Shown piece after piece: positions 52,736-61,878 of a stretch of 64,000 nucleotides of DNA (positions are counted from its first letter, which is position 1; the number at the start of each line of letters is the position of its first letter). The translations under genes and the position numbers were made by a program. Under the pieces are notes generated by a model. It saw only the letters and a program-made list of their open reading frames with translations, was not told the origin of the DNA and searched no databases. The stretch is from Candidatus Aminicenantes bacterium (GTDB lineage: Bacteria > Acidobacteriota > Aminicenantia > Aminicenantales > Saccharicenantaceae), in contig JAXDAV010000075.1 in NCBI GenBank assembly GCA_034679465.1, forward strand, positions 12,912 through 76,911, read 5' to 3'.

Positions 52736-52896
52736 GATGGTCGTTGTCCTTTCGCGACGGCTTGACCGTCGTTTTCGCCGGGGTGCTTGGCTCCGGGAAG
52801 GCGGGCCCGTGAAGAGGGAACGCTCCCACGGGGGACCGTCCCTCATGCGGCGGGCGCACCTGTCCCCAAAAAAGGGAGGGGGCGGGGGGAACGGAC

Positions 52897-52983
52897 TTAT
52901 CGGGCGGTTGGGACCGCCCGCCAGTTCCAAAGCCGGGAGGACAGCGCGACGCCGTGAGCGTGAAGGTCCTTCAGGCTGTCCAT
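52897..52983 (-). CDS. putative Trp leader peptide (TrpL-like, 28 aa) upstream of trpB2
   Basis: MDSLKDLHAHGVALSSRLWNWRAVPTAR*; two Trp codons followed immediately by a GC hairpin. Confidence 0.7.
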   Translation of the reverse strand: MDSLKDLHAHGVALSSRLWNWRAVPTAR

Positions 52984-52992
52984 TTCCGAGGC

Positions 52993-53021
52993 ATCATAAG
53001 CCCGGCCGGCTTCTTTGTCAA
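52993..53021 (-). promoter_or_regulatory. sigma70 promoter for the leader peptide and trpB2
   Basis: Minus strand TTGACA (53021-53016), 17-nt spacer, TATGAT (52998-52993). Confidence 0.8.
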
Positions 53022-53099
53022 GCTCGTCGGCCTGTTTGTTGGCATGTCGGTGCGGGGCGGGCTTCGGCCGATCGCGGCCCGGCAAGCCGTCCCCGGGAC

Positions 53100-53585
53100 T
53101 CAATACCGGCTCTTGCCCGGCATGGCGATCCAGGAGTCGAAGAGCCCCTGGCACTCGGCGCGCATGAATCCCGGCACGAGCGTGATCCCGCTGCGGCCCA
53201 GCGCCTTCAGCCGCGCGTTCGAAATCTCAAGCTCGCGGAAGCCGGCCCGGGCGGCGTCCCGGATGCCGGCGCCGAAATAGACCGTGCCGATGCGGGCCCA
53301 GTGGATCGCCCCGAAGCACATCGGGCAGGGCTCGGTCGTCGAATAGATCTCGCAGCCGCTGAGGTCGAAGGTCCCGAGCTTCTTCGAGGCCTTGCGGATG
53401 GCGTTGATCTCGGCGTGGCAGGTCGCGTCGTCCCGCAGGACGGTGTTCCGGGCCACGGCCAAGACCCGGCCGTCCTTGATGATGCAGGCGCCGAACGGCC
53501 CGCCGTCCGGCCGGACCAGGTTCTTCCCGGCCTCTCGGATGGCTTTGAGCATGAACCGGCGGTCGGGTTCGGGCGGTTTCGTCAT
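53100..53585 (-). CDS. cytidine-deaminase-fold nucleobase deaminase (GuaD-like)
   Basis: GGPFGA, HAEINAIR, EPCPMC. Confidence 0.85.
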   Translation of the reverse strand: MTKPPEPDRRFMLKAIREAGKNLVRPDGGPFGACIIKDGRVLAVARNTVLRDDATCHAEINAIRKASKKLGTFDLSGCEIYSTTEPCPMCFGAIHWARIGTVYFGAGIRDAARAGFRELEISNARLKALGRSGITLVPGFMRAECQGLFDSWIAMPGKSRY

Positions 53586-53717
53586 CGGATTCCTCCAGGC
53601 CGGATGAGACCGGATTATACCCGGTTGACCGCCGCGACGGAAATCTGATTAAATAACGGCCATGAGGCGTTCAGGGGAGGGGAAGGCCGACGGGCCCACG
53701 ATCGAATAGGAGAGACC

Positions 53718-55082
53718 ATGAGCAACGAGAACACGAATCAAAGCCGGCGGGATTTCCTCAGGATCGGGGCGGCCGCCGGTCTGGGGGCGGCCGTGGCCGG
53801 GCTCGGCCTCGAGGCCAAGGGCGCGTCGCCGGCGCCCGGCGAAGCCCGATCGCAATTCACGGCTCCGGCCATTCCCACCGTCCGGGTGGGATTCGTCGGG
53901 GTCGGCGGCATGGGCTCGGTCCACGTCAGGAACCTCCTGAACATCGACGGCGTCGAGATCCGGGCCGTCTGCGATATCGTCCCGGCCAAGGTCGAACGGG
54001 CCCAGAAGTGGGTCGTCGAGGCCGGTCAGCCGAAGCCCGCCGGCTATGCGAACGGGCCGCGGGATTTCGAGCGCCTCTGCGCTTCCGAGGACCTCGACCT
54101 CGTCTTCACCGCCACGCCTTGGGAGTGGCACGTGCCGGTCTGCCTGGCCGCGATGCGGAACGGCAAGCACGCCGCGACCGAGGTGCCCGCGGCCATGTCC
54201 CTCGAGGACTGCTGGGCCCTCGTCGAAACGGCCGAGAAGACCAAGAGGCACTGCCAGATGATGGAGAACTGCTGCTACGATCGGATCGAGCTCATGACCC
54301 TGAACCTCGTCCGCCGGGGCCTGCTCGGCGAGGTCCTCCACGGCGAGGCCGGCTACCTCCACGACCTGCGCGAGGTCAAATTCTCGAGCCAGGGCGAAGG
54401 GCTGTGGCGCCGGGCCTGGTCGCAGAAATTCGACGGCAACCTCTATCCGACCCACGGGCTCGGCCCCGTGGCCCAGTGCCTGAACGTCAACCGCGGCGAC
54501 GCGCTCGACTATCTCGTCTCGATGAGCTCCCCGGCGCGCGGCCTCCATGAATACGCCGTGGCCGCGTTCGGCGCCGACTCGCCGCAGGCGAAAGAGCGCT
54601 ACGCCCTCGGCGACGTCAACACCAGCCTCATCAAGACCAAGCTCGGCAAGACGATCATCCTCATCCACGACACCAACCTGCCGCGGCCCTACACCCGCAT
54701 CAACCTCGTCCAGGGCACCCGGGGACTGGCCCACAAGTGGCCCGACCGGATCTACATCGAAGGAAAGGCCGAGAAGCCCCACCGGTGGGACGATTTCGAG
54801 AAGCTTGCGGCCGAGTTCGAGCACCCGCTCTGGAAGTCCATCGCGGCGAAGGGGGAGGGGCGGGGACACGGCGGCATGGACTACATCGAGGACTACCGGC
54901 TGATCCAGTCGCTCCGCAGGGGCGAGCCGCTCGACCAGGACGTCTATGACGCGGCCGCCTGGAGCGCCGTCGTCGGCGCCAGCATCAAGAGCGTCGAGGC
55001 CAAGGGCCGGCCGGTCGAGATCCCCGATTTCACCCGGGGCCAGTGGAAGACCAATCCGCCCCTCGGCATCATCGAGGCCTGA
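53718..55082 (+). CDS. Tat-exported GH109 / Gfo-Idh-MocA NAD-dependent glycosidase
   Basis: SRRDFLR Tat motif, GVGGMG, TPWEWH, ENCCY, YPTHGLGP, GHGGMD. Confidence 0.87.
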   Translation: MSNENTNQSRRDFLRIGAAAGLGAAVAGLGLEAKGASPAPGEARSQFTAPAIPTVRVGFVGVGGMGSVHVRNLLNIDGVEIRAVCDIVPAKVERAQKWVVEAGQPKPAGYANGPRDFERLCASEDLDLVFTATPWEWHVPVCLAAMRNGKHAATEVPAAMSLEDCWALVETAEKTKRHCQMMENCCYDRIELMTLNLVRRGLLGEVLHGEAGYLHDLREVKFSSQGEGLWRRAWSQKFDGNLYPTHGLGPVAQCLNVNRGDALDYLVSMSSPARGLHEYAVAAFGADSPQAKERYALGDVNTSLIKTKLGKTIILIHDTNLPRPYTRINLVQGTRGLAHKWPDRIYIEGKAEKPHRWDDFEKLAAEFEHPLWKSIAAKGEGRGHGGMDYIEDYRLIQSLRRGEPLDQDVYDAAAWSAVVGASIKSVEAKGRPVEIPDFTRGQWKTNPPLGIIEA

Positions 55083-55107
55083 CGCGGGGCGGCGAAAGCG
55101 GCGCGTC

Positions 55108-56085
55108 ATGATACGGAAGATCGCATCGCTCGGCCTCGTCCTTCTGGCCGGCCTGGCCTGCTCGAACGGACGGGACCGGAACGTCATCAGCGCGTCGGGG
55201 ACGATCGAGGCGGTCGAGGTCCGCGTCGCCTCCAAGGTCACGGGCCAGCTCCTCACGCTCGCCGTCGATGAAGGGGCGAGGGTCAAACCGGGGGATGTCC
55301 TGGCCACGATCGACCACGCCACGGCCGACATCCAGCTGCGCCAGGCCGAGGCCGGGGTCCGGCTGGCCGAGGCCCAGCTGGCCCTCCTCGTCAAGGGGGC
55401 GAGGAGCGAGGACATCCGGCAGGCCGAGGCGGCCCTACGCCAGGCCGACGCCGCCCTCAAGGTCGCCGCCGACGACGCCCGGAGGATGCGCGGTCTTTTC
55501 GCCACGGGGAGCGTCACATCGAAACAGCATGACGACGCCGAAGCCCGCCTGACCGTCGCCTCGGCCCAGCAGAGCGCGGCCGGCGAGGCCCTGAACAAGG
55601 TCCGCCGGCTGGCCCGGCCGGAGGAGATCCAGGCCGCCGAAGCGCGCCTGGCCCAAGCCCGGGCCGCGGCGGACCTGCTGGCCAAGGCGATCGCCGACTC
55701 GACCATCATCGCCCCCGCCGGCGGCATGGTCACCCACAAGGCCGCCGAAGCGGGCGAGCTCGTCACCCCGGGGACGACGGTCTTCACCCTGGCCGATCTC
55801 GACAGCGTCTATGTCATGATCTTCGTCACCGGGCCCGAGATCGGTCGGATCAGGCTCGGCGGCGACGTCGAGGTCCGCATCGACGCTTTCCCCGACAGGC
55901 CCTTCATGGGGAAGATCACCTACATCTCGCCCGAAGCCGAATTCACGCCCAAGAACGTCCAGACGAAGGAGGACCGGGTCAAGCTCGTCTTCGGGGTCAA
56001 GGTCGAGATCCCCAACCCGGACGGCCTGCTCAAGCCGGGCCTGCCGGCCGACGCCACGATCCGGGTCGCCCCGGAAGGCCTCTGA
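55108..56085 (+). CDS. HlyD-family membrane fusion protein (YbhG-like)
   Basis: SGTIEA, coiled-coil hairpin, AEFTPKNVQT, LKPGLPA. Confidence 0.88.
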   Translation: MIRKIASLGLVLLAGLACSNGRDRNVISASGTIEAVEVRVASKVTGQLLTLAVDEGARVKPGDVLATIDHATADIQLRQAEAGVRLAEAQLALLVKGARSEDIRQAEAALRQADAALKVAADDARRMRGLFATGSVTSKQHDDAEARLTVASAQQSAAGEALNKVRRLARPEEIQAAEARLAQARAAADLLAKAIADSTIIAPAGGMVTHKAAEAGELVTPGTTVFTLADLDSVYVMIFVTGPEIGRIRLGGDVEVRIDAFPDRPFMGKITYISPEAEFTPKNVQTKEDRVKLVFGVKVEIPNPDGLLKPGLPADATIRVAPEGL

Positions 56086-56100
56086 GAAGGGCGCCGGCCC

Positions 56101-57054
56101 ATGGGCCCGTTCGCCGTCGAAACCCGCGGGCTCTCGAAGCGCTTCGAGTCCGTCGAGGCCGTCCGCCCGCTCGACCTCGCGGTCCGCGAGGGGGAGATGT
56201 TTGCGCTCGTCGGCCCGGACGGCGCGGGCAAGACGACGACGATCCGCATGCTCTGCGGGCTCCTCCCGCCCACGGCGGGTGAGGCCGCGGTGCTGGGCTT
56301 CGATCTCGTCCGGCAGGCCGGGGAGATCAGGACCCGCATCGGCTATCTGTCCCAGAAATTCAGCCTCTACCGCGACCTGACCGTCGACGAGAACATCGAG
56401 TTCTTCGCCGAGATCCATCGCGTCCCGGATTTCCGCAAGCGCCGCGAGGAGCTGCTCGCGTTCACCCGGCTCACTCCCTTTCGCAACCGGCTGGCCGAGC
56501 GCCTCTCGGGCGGCATGAGCCGGAAGCTCGCCCTGGCCTGCACCCTTGTCCACGCGCCCCGGCTGATCTTCCTCGACGAGCCTACGACCGGCGTCGATCC
56601 GGTCTCGCGGCGCGACTTCTGGGCCATCCTCTCGGCCCTTCTCAAAGACGGGGTGACGATCGTCATGTCCACGCCCTACATGGACGAAGCCGAGCGGTCG
56701 TCGCGGGTCGGGCTCATGGCCGCGGGTCGGCTCATCGCCGCCGACACCCCCCGGGCGGTCAAGGCCCTGATGCGGGGCACGGTCGTCGAGATCGTCTGCC
56801 CCGACATCCGCCGGGCCTTCGGCGTCCTGAAGGCCCTGGCCGGCGTCCGCGAGGTCCAGCTCTTCGGGGACCGGCTGAACGTTGTCGTCGACGACCCCGA
56901 CACGCGGATCCCCCGGATCCGGGCCGCTCTGGGCGGCGCCGGAATCCCCGTCCTGGCCGAACGGCGCCTCGCGCCGTCCCTCGAAAACGTGTTCATCTCC
57001 ATCACCGCACCCGTTCGAGAGGGCGGGTCGCCCGCGGGACCGCCGGGGAGCTGA
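56101..57054 (+). CDS. ABC transporter ATP-binding protein
   Basis: GPDGAGKTT, LSGGM, LDEPTTGVDP. Confidence 0.92.
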   Translation: MGPFAVETRGLSKRFESVEAVRPLDLAVREGEMFALVGPDGAGKTTTIRMLCGLLPPTAGEAAVLGFDLVRQAGEIRTRIGYLSQKFSLYRDLTVDENIEFFAEIHRVPDFRKRREELLAFTRLTPFRNRLAERLSGGMSRKLALACTLVHAPRLIFLDEPTTGVDPVSRRDFWAILSALLKDGVTIVMSTPYMDEAERSSRVGLMAAGRLIAADTPRAVKALMRGTVVEIVCPDIRRAFGVLKALAGVREVQLFGDRLNVVVDDPDTRIPRIRAALGGAGIPVLAERRLAPSLENVFISITAPVREGGSPAGPPGS

Positions 57055-57081
57055 GGGCGGGGAGAGAGGGGAGAAGGGACC

Positions 57082-58011
57082 GTGCCCGAGCCTTCGATCG
57101 TCGTCAGGTCGCTGACCAAGAGGTTCGGCGGCTTCACGGCGGTCGACGCCGTCAGCTTCGACGTCCGCCGCGGCGCGATCTTCGGCTTCCTCGGTGCCAA
57201 CGGGGCGGGCAAATCGACGACCATCCGCATGCTCTGCGGCCTGCTCGATCCGACCTCGGGGACGGCCACGGTCGGCGGGTTCGACGTCGGCCGCGAGCCC
57301 GAGCGGATCAAGCGGGTCATCGGCTACATGTCCCAGAAGTTCTCCCTCTACGAGGACCTGACCGTTCTCGAGAACATCCGCTTCTTCGGCGGGGTCTACG
57401 GGCTCCCGTCCAAGGTCCTCCAGGCGCGGCTCCCCTGGGTCCTCGAACTGGCCGGGCTCAACGGCCGCGAGCGGAGCCTGACCCGGACGCTCTCGGCCGG
57501 CTGGAAGCAGCGCCTGGCCCTCGGCTGCGCCGTCCTCCACGAGCCCGAGATCGTCTTCCTCGACGAGCCCACGGGCGGCGTCGACCCGGCCTCCCGCCGC
57601 CGCTTCTGGGAGCTCATCAACGGGCTCTCCGAGCGCGGGGTCACCGTCTTCGTCACGACCCATTACCTCGACGAGGCGGAGTACTGCAACGACATCCGCC
57701 TCATCCACGCCGGACGGATCGTCGCCGGGGGCGGTCCGCGCGAGCTCAAGGCGGAGATCATCCGCCACCCCATCCTCGAGGTCGCGACCGACCGGCCCGT
57801 CGACGCCCTCGAAGTCCTCCGCCGGGAGCCCTGGGTGCTGGAGACGTCGATCTTCGGCGCCGCGCTCCACGTCGGCGTCGCCGACGAGGCGGAAGGCCGT
57901 CGCCTCATCCTGGCCCGCCTGGCCCGGGAAGGCATCGTGCCGGACAGGGTCGACCGGATCGTCCCGTCGCTCGAGGACGTCTTCATCCGCAAGATCGAGG
58001 AACAGGCATGA
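57082..58011 (+). CDS. ABC transporter ATP-binding protein
   Basis: GANGAGKST, LSAGWKQR, LDEPTGGVDP, TTHY. Confidence 0.92.
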   Translation: MPEPSIVVRSLTKRFGGFTAVDAVSFDVRRGAIFGFLGANGAGKSTTIRMLCGLLDPTSGTATVGGFDVGREPERIKRVIGYMSQKFSLYEDLTVLENIRFFGGVYGLPSKVLQARLPWVLELAGLNGRERSLTRTLSAGWKQRLALGCAVLHEPEIVFLDEPTGGVDPASRRRFWELINGLSERGVTVFVTTHYLDEAEYCNDIRLIHAGRIVAGGGPRELKAEIIRHPILEVATDRPVDALEVLRREPWVLETSIFGAALHVGVADEAEGRRLILARLAREGIVPDRVDRIVPSLEDVFIRKIEEQA

Positions 58012-59183
58012 AAGCCCCGCCGCGCGCCTTCATCGGCCCGGTCATGCGGAAGGAGGTCCGCCAGATCCGGAGGGACACCCGCTCGCTTGTCTTCATGCTC
58101 CTCCTCCCGGCCTTCCTGCTCATCGTGTTCGGCCTCGCCCTGAACTTCGACATCAAGCACGTTCCCCTGGCCGTCGTCGACCTCGAGGGCAGCCGCCTCA
58201 GCCGCGGGCTGGTTGAGAAGTTCCGGACGACGGAATATTTCGACGTCAAGGCGACGCTCGACCGGACCGGGGACATCGACGACCTGATGGCCCGGGAGAA
58301 GATCAAGGCCGCCCTGGTCATCCCCCCGACCTTCTCCGAGGACCTCCTGGCCGGGCGGAGCCCCTCGGTCCAGTTCCTCCTCGACGGGGCCAACGCCATG
58401 AGCGGCACGACGGCGGCAGGCTACGCGGCGGCCATCCTGCAGAGCTATGCGCAGAGGACGACGCTCGAGGCGCTGGAGCGACGGGGAGCGGGCGGCGCGA
58501 CGCTCCCCCTCGCCACCCAAGTCCGCGTCTGGTACAACCCGGAGCTCAAGAGCGCGCGCTTCCTTCTGCCCGGCCTGATGGCCTTCATCCTCATGGTCAT
58601 CCTGACCACGTCGACGGCCTTCTCCATCGTCCGCGAGAAGGAAAGGGGGACCATGGAACAGCTCGCCGTTTCGCCTCTGCCGGCCTCGGCCCTCATCGTC
58701 GGCAAGCTCGTTCCGTACGTCCTGATCTCCCTGGCCTCGGCCCATCTCGTCCTGGGCCTCGGCGGGGTCCTCTTCGGAGTCGGGGTCAAGGGCAGCTATC
58801 TCCTTCTCCTCCTGGGCATGGTCCTGTTCCTCGTCGCCGGCCTGGGCCAGGGGCTCCTCATCTCGGCCGTCACCCGGACCCAGCAGGTGGCCTTTCTCCT
58901 CTCGGTCCTGACGACCATCCTGCCGACCTTCATCCTGTCCGGGTTCGTCTTCCCGATCCGGAACATGCCCGCGGTCGTTCAGGCCGTGACCTATCTCGTC
59001 CCGGCCCGGCACTTCCTGGTCGTCCTCCGGTCCGTCATCCTCAAGGGCGCCGGGCTCCCGGCCTTCTGGGAGCAGATGCTCCTGCTCGCCGCGTTCGCCG
59101 CCTCGACGCTGGCCCTGAGCGTGGTCATGCTCCGCCGGGGCGAAGGGCGGGGGCCGCGGCGCCGGGCGGGGAGGGCCGCGTGA
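58008..59183 (+). CDS. ABC-2 permease (YbhS-like)
   Basis: WYNPEL, REKERGTMEQL, LSGFVFPI. Confidence 0.9.
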   Translation: MKAPPRAFIGPVMRKEVRQIRRDTRSLVFMLLLPAFLLIVFGLALNFDIKHVPLAVVDLEGSRLSRGLVEKFRTTEYFDVKATLDRTGDIDDLMAREKIKAALVIPPTFSEDLLAGRSPSVQFLLDGANAMSGTTAAGYAAAILQSYAQRTTLEALERRGAGGATLPLATQVRVWYNPELKSARFLLPGLMAFILMVILTTSTAFSIVREKERGTMEQLAVSPLPASALIVGKLVPYVLISLASAHLVLGLGGVLFGVGVKGSYLLLLLGMVLFLVAGLGQGLLISAVTRTQQVAFLLSVLTTILPTFILSGFVFPIRNMPAVVQAVTYLVPARHFLVVLRSVILKGAGLPAFWEQMLLLAAFAASTLALSVVMLRRGEGRGPRRRAGRAA

Positions 59184-60307
59184 AGGCCATCCTGTCCATC
59201 CTCCGGAAGGAGTTCCTCCAGCTCCGCCGCGACCCGAAGCTCTTCCCGGTCATCTTCCTTTCGCCCGTCCTACAGCTCCTCCTCCTGGGCTACGCCGCCA
59301 ACCTCGACGTCAAGAACGTCCCTTCGGTCGTCTGCGACATGGACCGCTCGGCGGCCAGCCGCCGGCTCATCGACGAGTATCTGAACTCCGGTACTTTCAC
59401 GGTCGCGGCCCGCGTCGAGCGCCTGGCCGAGATCGACCGCTATCTCGACAACGGGCGCGCGGCCATGGCCTTGGTCATCCCCCGGGGCTTCGGCGGCGAC
59501 GTGGCCGCGGGCCGGACGGCGTCGATGATGCTCATCGCCGACGGCTCGGAGAGCCAGTCGGCCTCGATCGGCGTCAGCTACGGGACGATGATCGCGGCGC
59601 GACACAACCAGAGGCTCATCCTGGAGCGGCTCGAGCTGGTCCGGGGACTCGGCCCGGCGCCGGTCCTGGTCGAAGCCGAGGTCCGGGTCTGGTACAACCC
59701 GGAGCTGCGCAGCCGCAATTTCATGGTCCCGGGCGTCCTCGGCCTCATCCTGATGATCATGACCACGGTGCTCGCCTCGATCGGCATCGTCCGGGAGCGC
59801 GAGGCCGGGACGATGGAACAGCTGATCGTGACCCCCATCCGGCCGGTCCAGCTCATCGGCGGCAAGCTGCTGCCGTTCGTCGTCATCGGGCTCATCGACG
59901 CGACCTTCGTCATCGCCGTCGCCCGCGGTCTGTTCGGCGTCCCGGTCCGAGGCAGCGTGCCGCTCCTTTTCGGGCTGTCCCTGGCCTTCATGCTCAACAC
60001 CCTCGGGGTCGGCCTTTTCGTCTCGACGATCTCGCGGACGCAGCAACAGGCCATGCTGACGTCGCTCTTCTTCATCCTGCCCCAGATCATGCTCAGCGGG
60101 TTCGTCTTTCCCATCGAGAACATGCCGAAGCTCTTCCAGGCCGTGACGACGGTCGTCCCGCTCCGCTATTTTTTCGTCATCATCCGCGGCATCATGCTCA
60201 AGGGGGCGGGCTGGCGGCACCTCTGGCCCCAGGCCGCGGCCCTCCTGGTCCTGGGGACGCTCATCCTGACCCTGTCCGTCGCCCGCTTCCAGAAGAAGCT
60301 CGACTGA
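59180..60307 (+). CDS. ABC-2 permease (YbhR-like)
   Basis: KEFLQLRRD, WYNPEL, REREAGTMEQL, LSGFVFPIENMP. Confidence 0.9.
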   Translation: MKAILSILRKEFLQLRRDPKLFPVIFLSPVLQLLLLGYAANLDVKNVPSVVCDMDRSAASRRLIDEYLNSGTFTVAARVERLAEIDRYLDNGRAAMALVIPRGFGGDVAAGRTASMMLIADGSESQSASIGVSYGTMIAARHNQRLILERLELVRGLGPAPVLVEAEVRVWYNPELRSRNFMVPGVLGLILMIMTTVLASIGIVREREAGTMEQLIVTPIRPVQLIGGKLLPFVVIGLIDATFVIAVARGLFGVPVRGSVPLLFGLSLAFMLNTLGVGLFVSTISRTQQQAMLTSLFFILPQIMLSGFVFPIENMPKLFQAVTTVVPLRYFFVIIRGIMLKGAGWRHLWPQAAALLVLGTLILTLSVARFQKKLD

Positions 60308-60361
60308 CCCTCCGCCGGCCCGGGACCGCGGGAGAGGGCCCGGGCTATTCAACGACGCCAA

Positions 60362-60588
60362 TGGGGTCGGACCTCAGCTTTTGAAGCATTATCAATAAGA
60401 TAAGCCAAAAAAACAGGCTTGAATCGGCTTAAAACGGTTGTTTCAAGGCCCGAAAATGAAAAACCAGTCAGGAAAAAAAACGGAACTCTCTTAGTTTTTA
60501 TGCCAAAAACATGGGTTTTAAGCCTTTTAGACCCCAGAAATTGTAGCTATCATATTGATTTTATTCTGATTGCTGAGGTCCGACCCCA
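60362..60588. mobile_element. ~227-bp AT-rich palindromic non-autonomous element (REPIN/MITE-like)
   Basis: Perfect 17-bp terminal IR TGGGGTCGGACCTCAGC / GCTGAGGTCCGACCCCA. Inner IR GGCTTAAAAC (60426-60435) / GTTTTAAGCC (60515-60524) shares the same symmetry centre (60475). Confidence 0.75.
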
Positions 60589-60599
60589 GTTGACAGCCT
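60541..60599 (+). repeat. 59-bp direct repeat, copy 1
   Basis: TTGTAGCTATCATATTGATTTTATTCTGATTGCTGAGGTCCGACCCCAGTTGACAGCCT, identical to 61820-61878. Confidence 0.95.
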
Positions 60600-60675
60600 T
60601 CCCCTTCAATATGTAAGGTTCTGGAATATCACTTCTGCCCTAGTTTTGAAATAGTATAATTAGGAGAAACCACTG

Positions 60676-61803
60676 ATGAATAAATCAAAATCATTAGTAA
60701 CAGGACCGGCAATGTGCCTGGCGGTCGGGCTACTTACGTTATTCTCTTGGAATATCATCGAGTCCTCTGGGCGGCAAATATATATGACCGCAGAGCAGCT
60801 AATTGAGAATCCGGAGCACCCAACTAATCCGAAGGCTGGTCGTTGCTTGCGGCCGAAGGAGGTCTTTCGGCTCGCAGACAAAGGAGATGAATACTATTTT
60901 CGCTATATAGCCGACGTGAAGATTGCCCCAGATAAATCGCTATTTATTCTGGATAGTCAACAGCTCCTCCAGTTTAGCAAGGAAGGTGGTTACCTCCGCA
61001 ATTATTATAAGAAGGGTCAAGGACCGGGAGAACTTAGCCAAGCTATTGGGTTTGATTTTGCTCACGGCCAATTGGTTGTCTACAGCTTCCCTCCCCAAAA
61101 AGCTGTTTGGTTCGACCTTCAAGGCAGGCTAGTTAGGGACGTCTCCCTATCAAGATCGGGAGGCCACCTATGGTTCTATTTTTTCCAAAATGGTGCTTAC
61201 TGGTTTGTAAGAGACGATATTCCCTCGCTTACGGGAAGGACGGAGCCCGTTTTCGTTCAGCAAGCGGTCGTGGCAGTATCGGAGAACGGGGAGAGGGCCG
61301 AGAACATTACGTCATATTCTAACAAAGGCTTTGCGGTAGGCAGTCGCTATGCTTATCAAGATTCCTATGGAGTTAGGTACAAGAACCGTTACTTCATATT
61401 CTCTAATTCGCGGGAGTACATGTTACATATCTTTGACTGCGATACGAGGCGAGCATCAAGGAACGTAACTAGGAAGTACCACCGTGTGAAGCGCCCCGAT
61501 AATATTCCCCAGACGGAGATTGTCGGTGTTGATGGGAAAAAGTATCGTATGCCGGGAGCCGACTACCTAGCTGATATCCAAGGGCTGTTTGAGCACAAGG
61601 ATATGATCTGGGTTATGACCTCGACTACCGACGCCGAAAGAGGCACGCTTTTCGATGTTTTTAATCTCGAAGGGGCCTATGTTGACGCATATTGGATAAA
61701 ATGGCCCGGATCTCTCATTTCCATATCTGACGATATCATCTTTCTCAGAGAAAGAGCGGACGATGGCACGATCGCTGTGGTCGGCTACCAAATCATTGAA
61801 TAA
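60676..61803 (+). CDS. 6-bladed beta-propeller (NHL/DUF5128-like) exported protein, low GC
   Basis: N-terminal hydrophobic anchor; LFILDS..LLQFSKEG.Y....KKGQGPGEL motif; FDVFNLEGAYV; AGGAG RBS; AT-richer codons than neighbouring genes. Confidence 0.75.
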   Translation: MNKSKSLVTGPAMCLAVGLLTLFSWNIIESSGRQIYMTAEQLIENPEHPTNPKAGRCLRPKEVFRLADKGDEYYFRYIADVKIAPDKSLFILDSQQLLQFSKEGGYLRNYYKKGQGPGELSQAIGFDFAHGQLVVYSFPPQKAVWFDLQGRLVRDVSLSRSGGHLWFYFFQNGAYWFVRDDIPSLTGRTEPVFVQQAVVAVSENGERAENITSYSNKGFAVGSRYAYQDSYGVRYKNRYFIFSNSREYMLHIFDCDTRRASRNVTRKYHRVKRPDNIPQTEIVGVDGKKYRMPGADYLADIQGLFEHKDMIWVMTSTTDAERGTLFDVFNLEGAYVDAYWIKWPGSLISISDDIIFLRERADDGTIAVVGYQIIE

Positions 61804-61819
61804 ACACTTCTTCGACCAT

Positions 61820-61878
61820 TTGTAGCTATCATATTGATTTTATTCTGATTGCTGAGGTCCGACCCCAGTTGACAGCCT
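61820..61878 (+). repeat. 59-bp direct repeat, copy 2
   Basis: Identical to 60541-60599; begins 16 nt after the beta-propeller stop codon. Confidence 0.95.

Noticed and set aside
52736-52990. T-box riboswitch as the trpB2 regulator
   Set aside because: No T-box consensus (AGGGTGGNACCGCG) is visible; a leader peptide explains the region better.
60541-61878. 59-bp repeats as integron attC sites, CRISPR repeats or a target-site duplication
   Set aside because: GTTGACA does not fit GTTRRRY, and no attC R''/R' fold or integrase is visible. There are only two copies 1.28 kb apart with no cas genes, and 59 bp is too long for a TSD.
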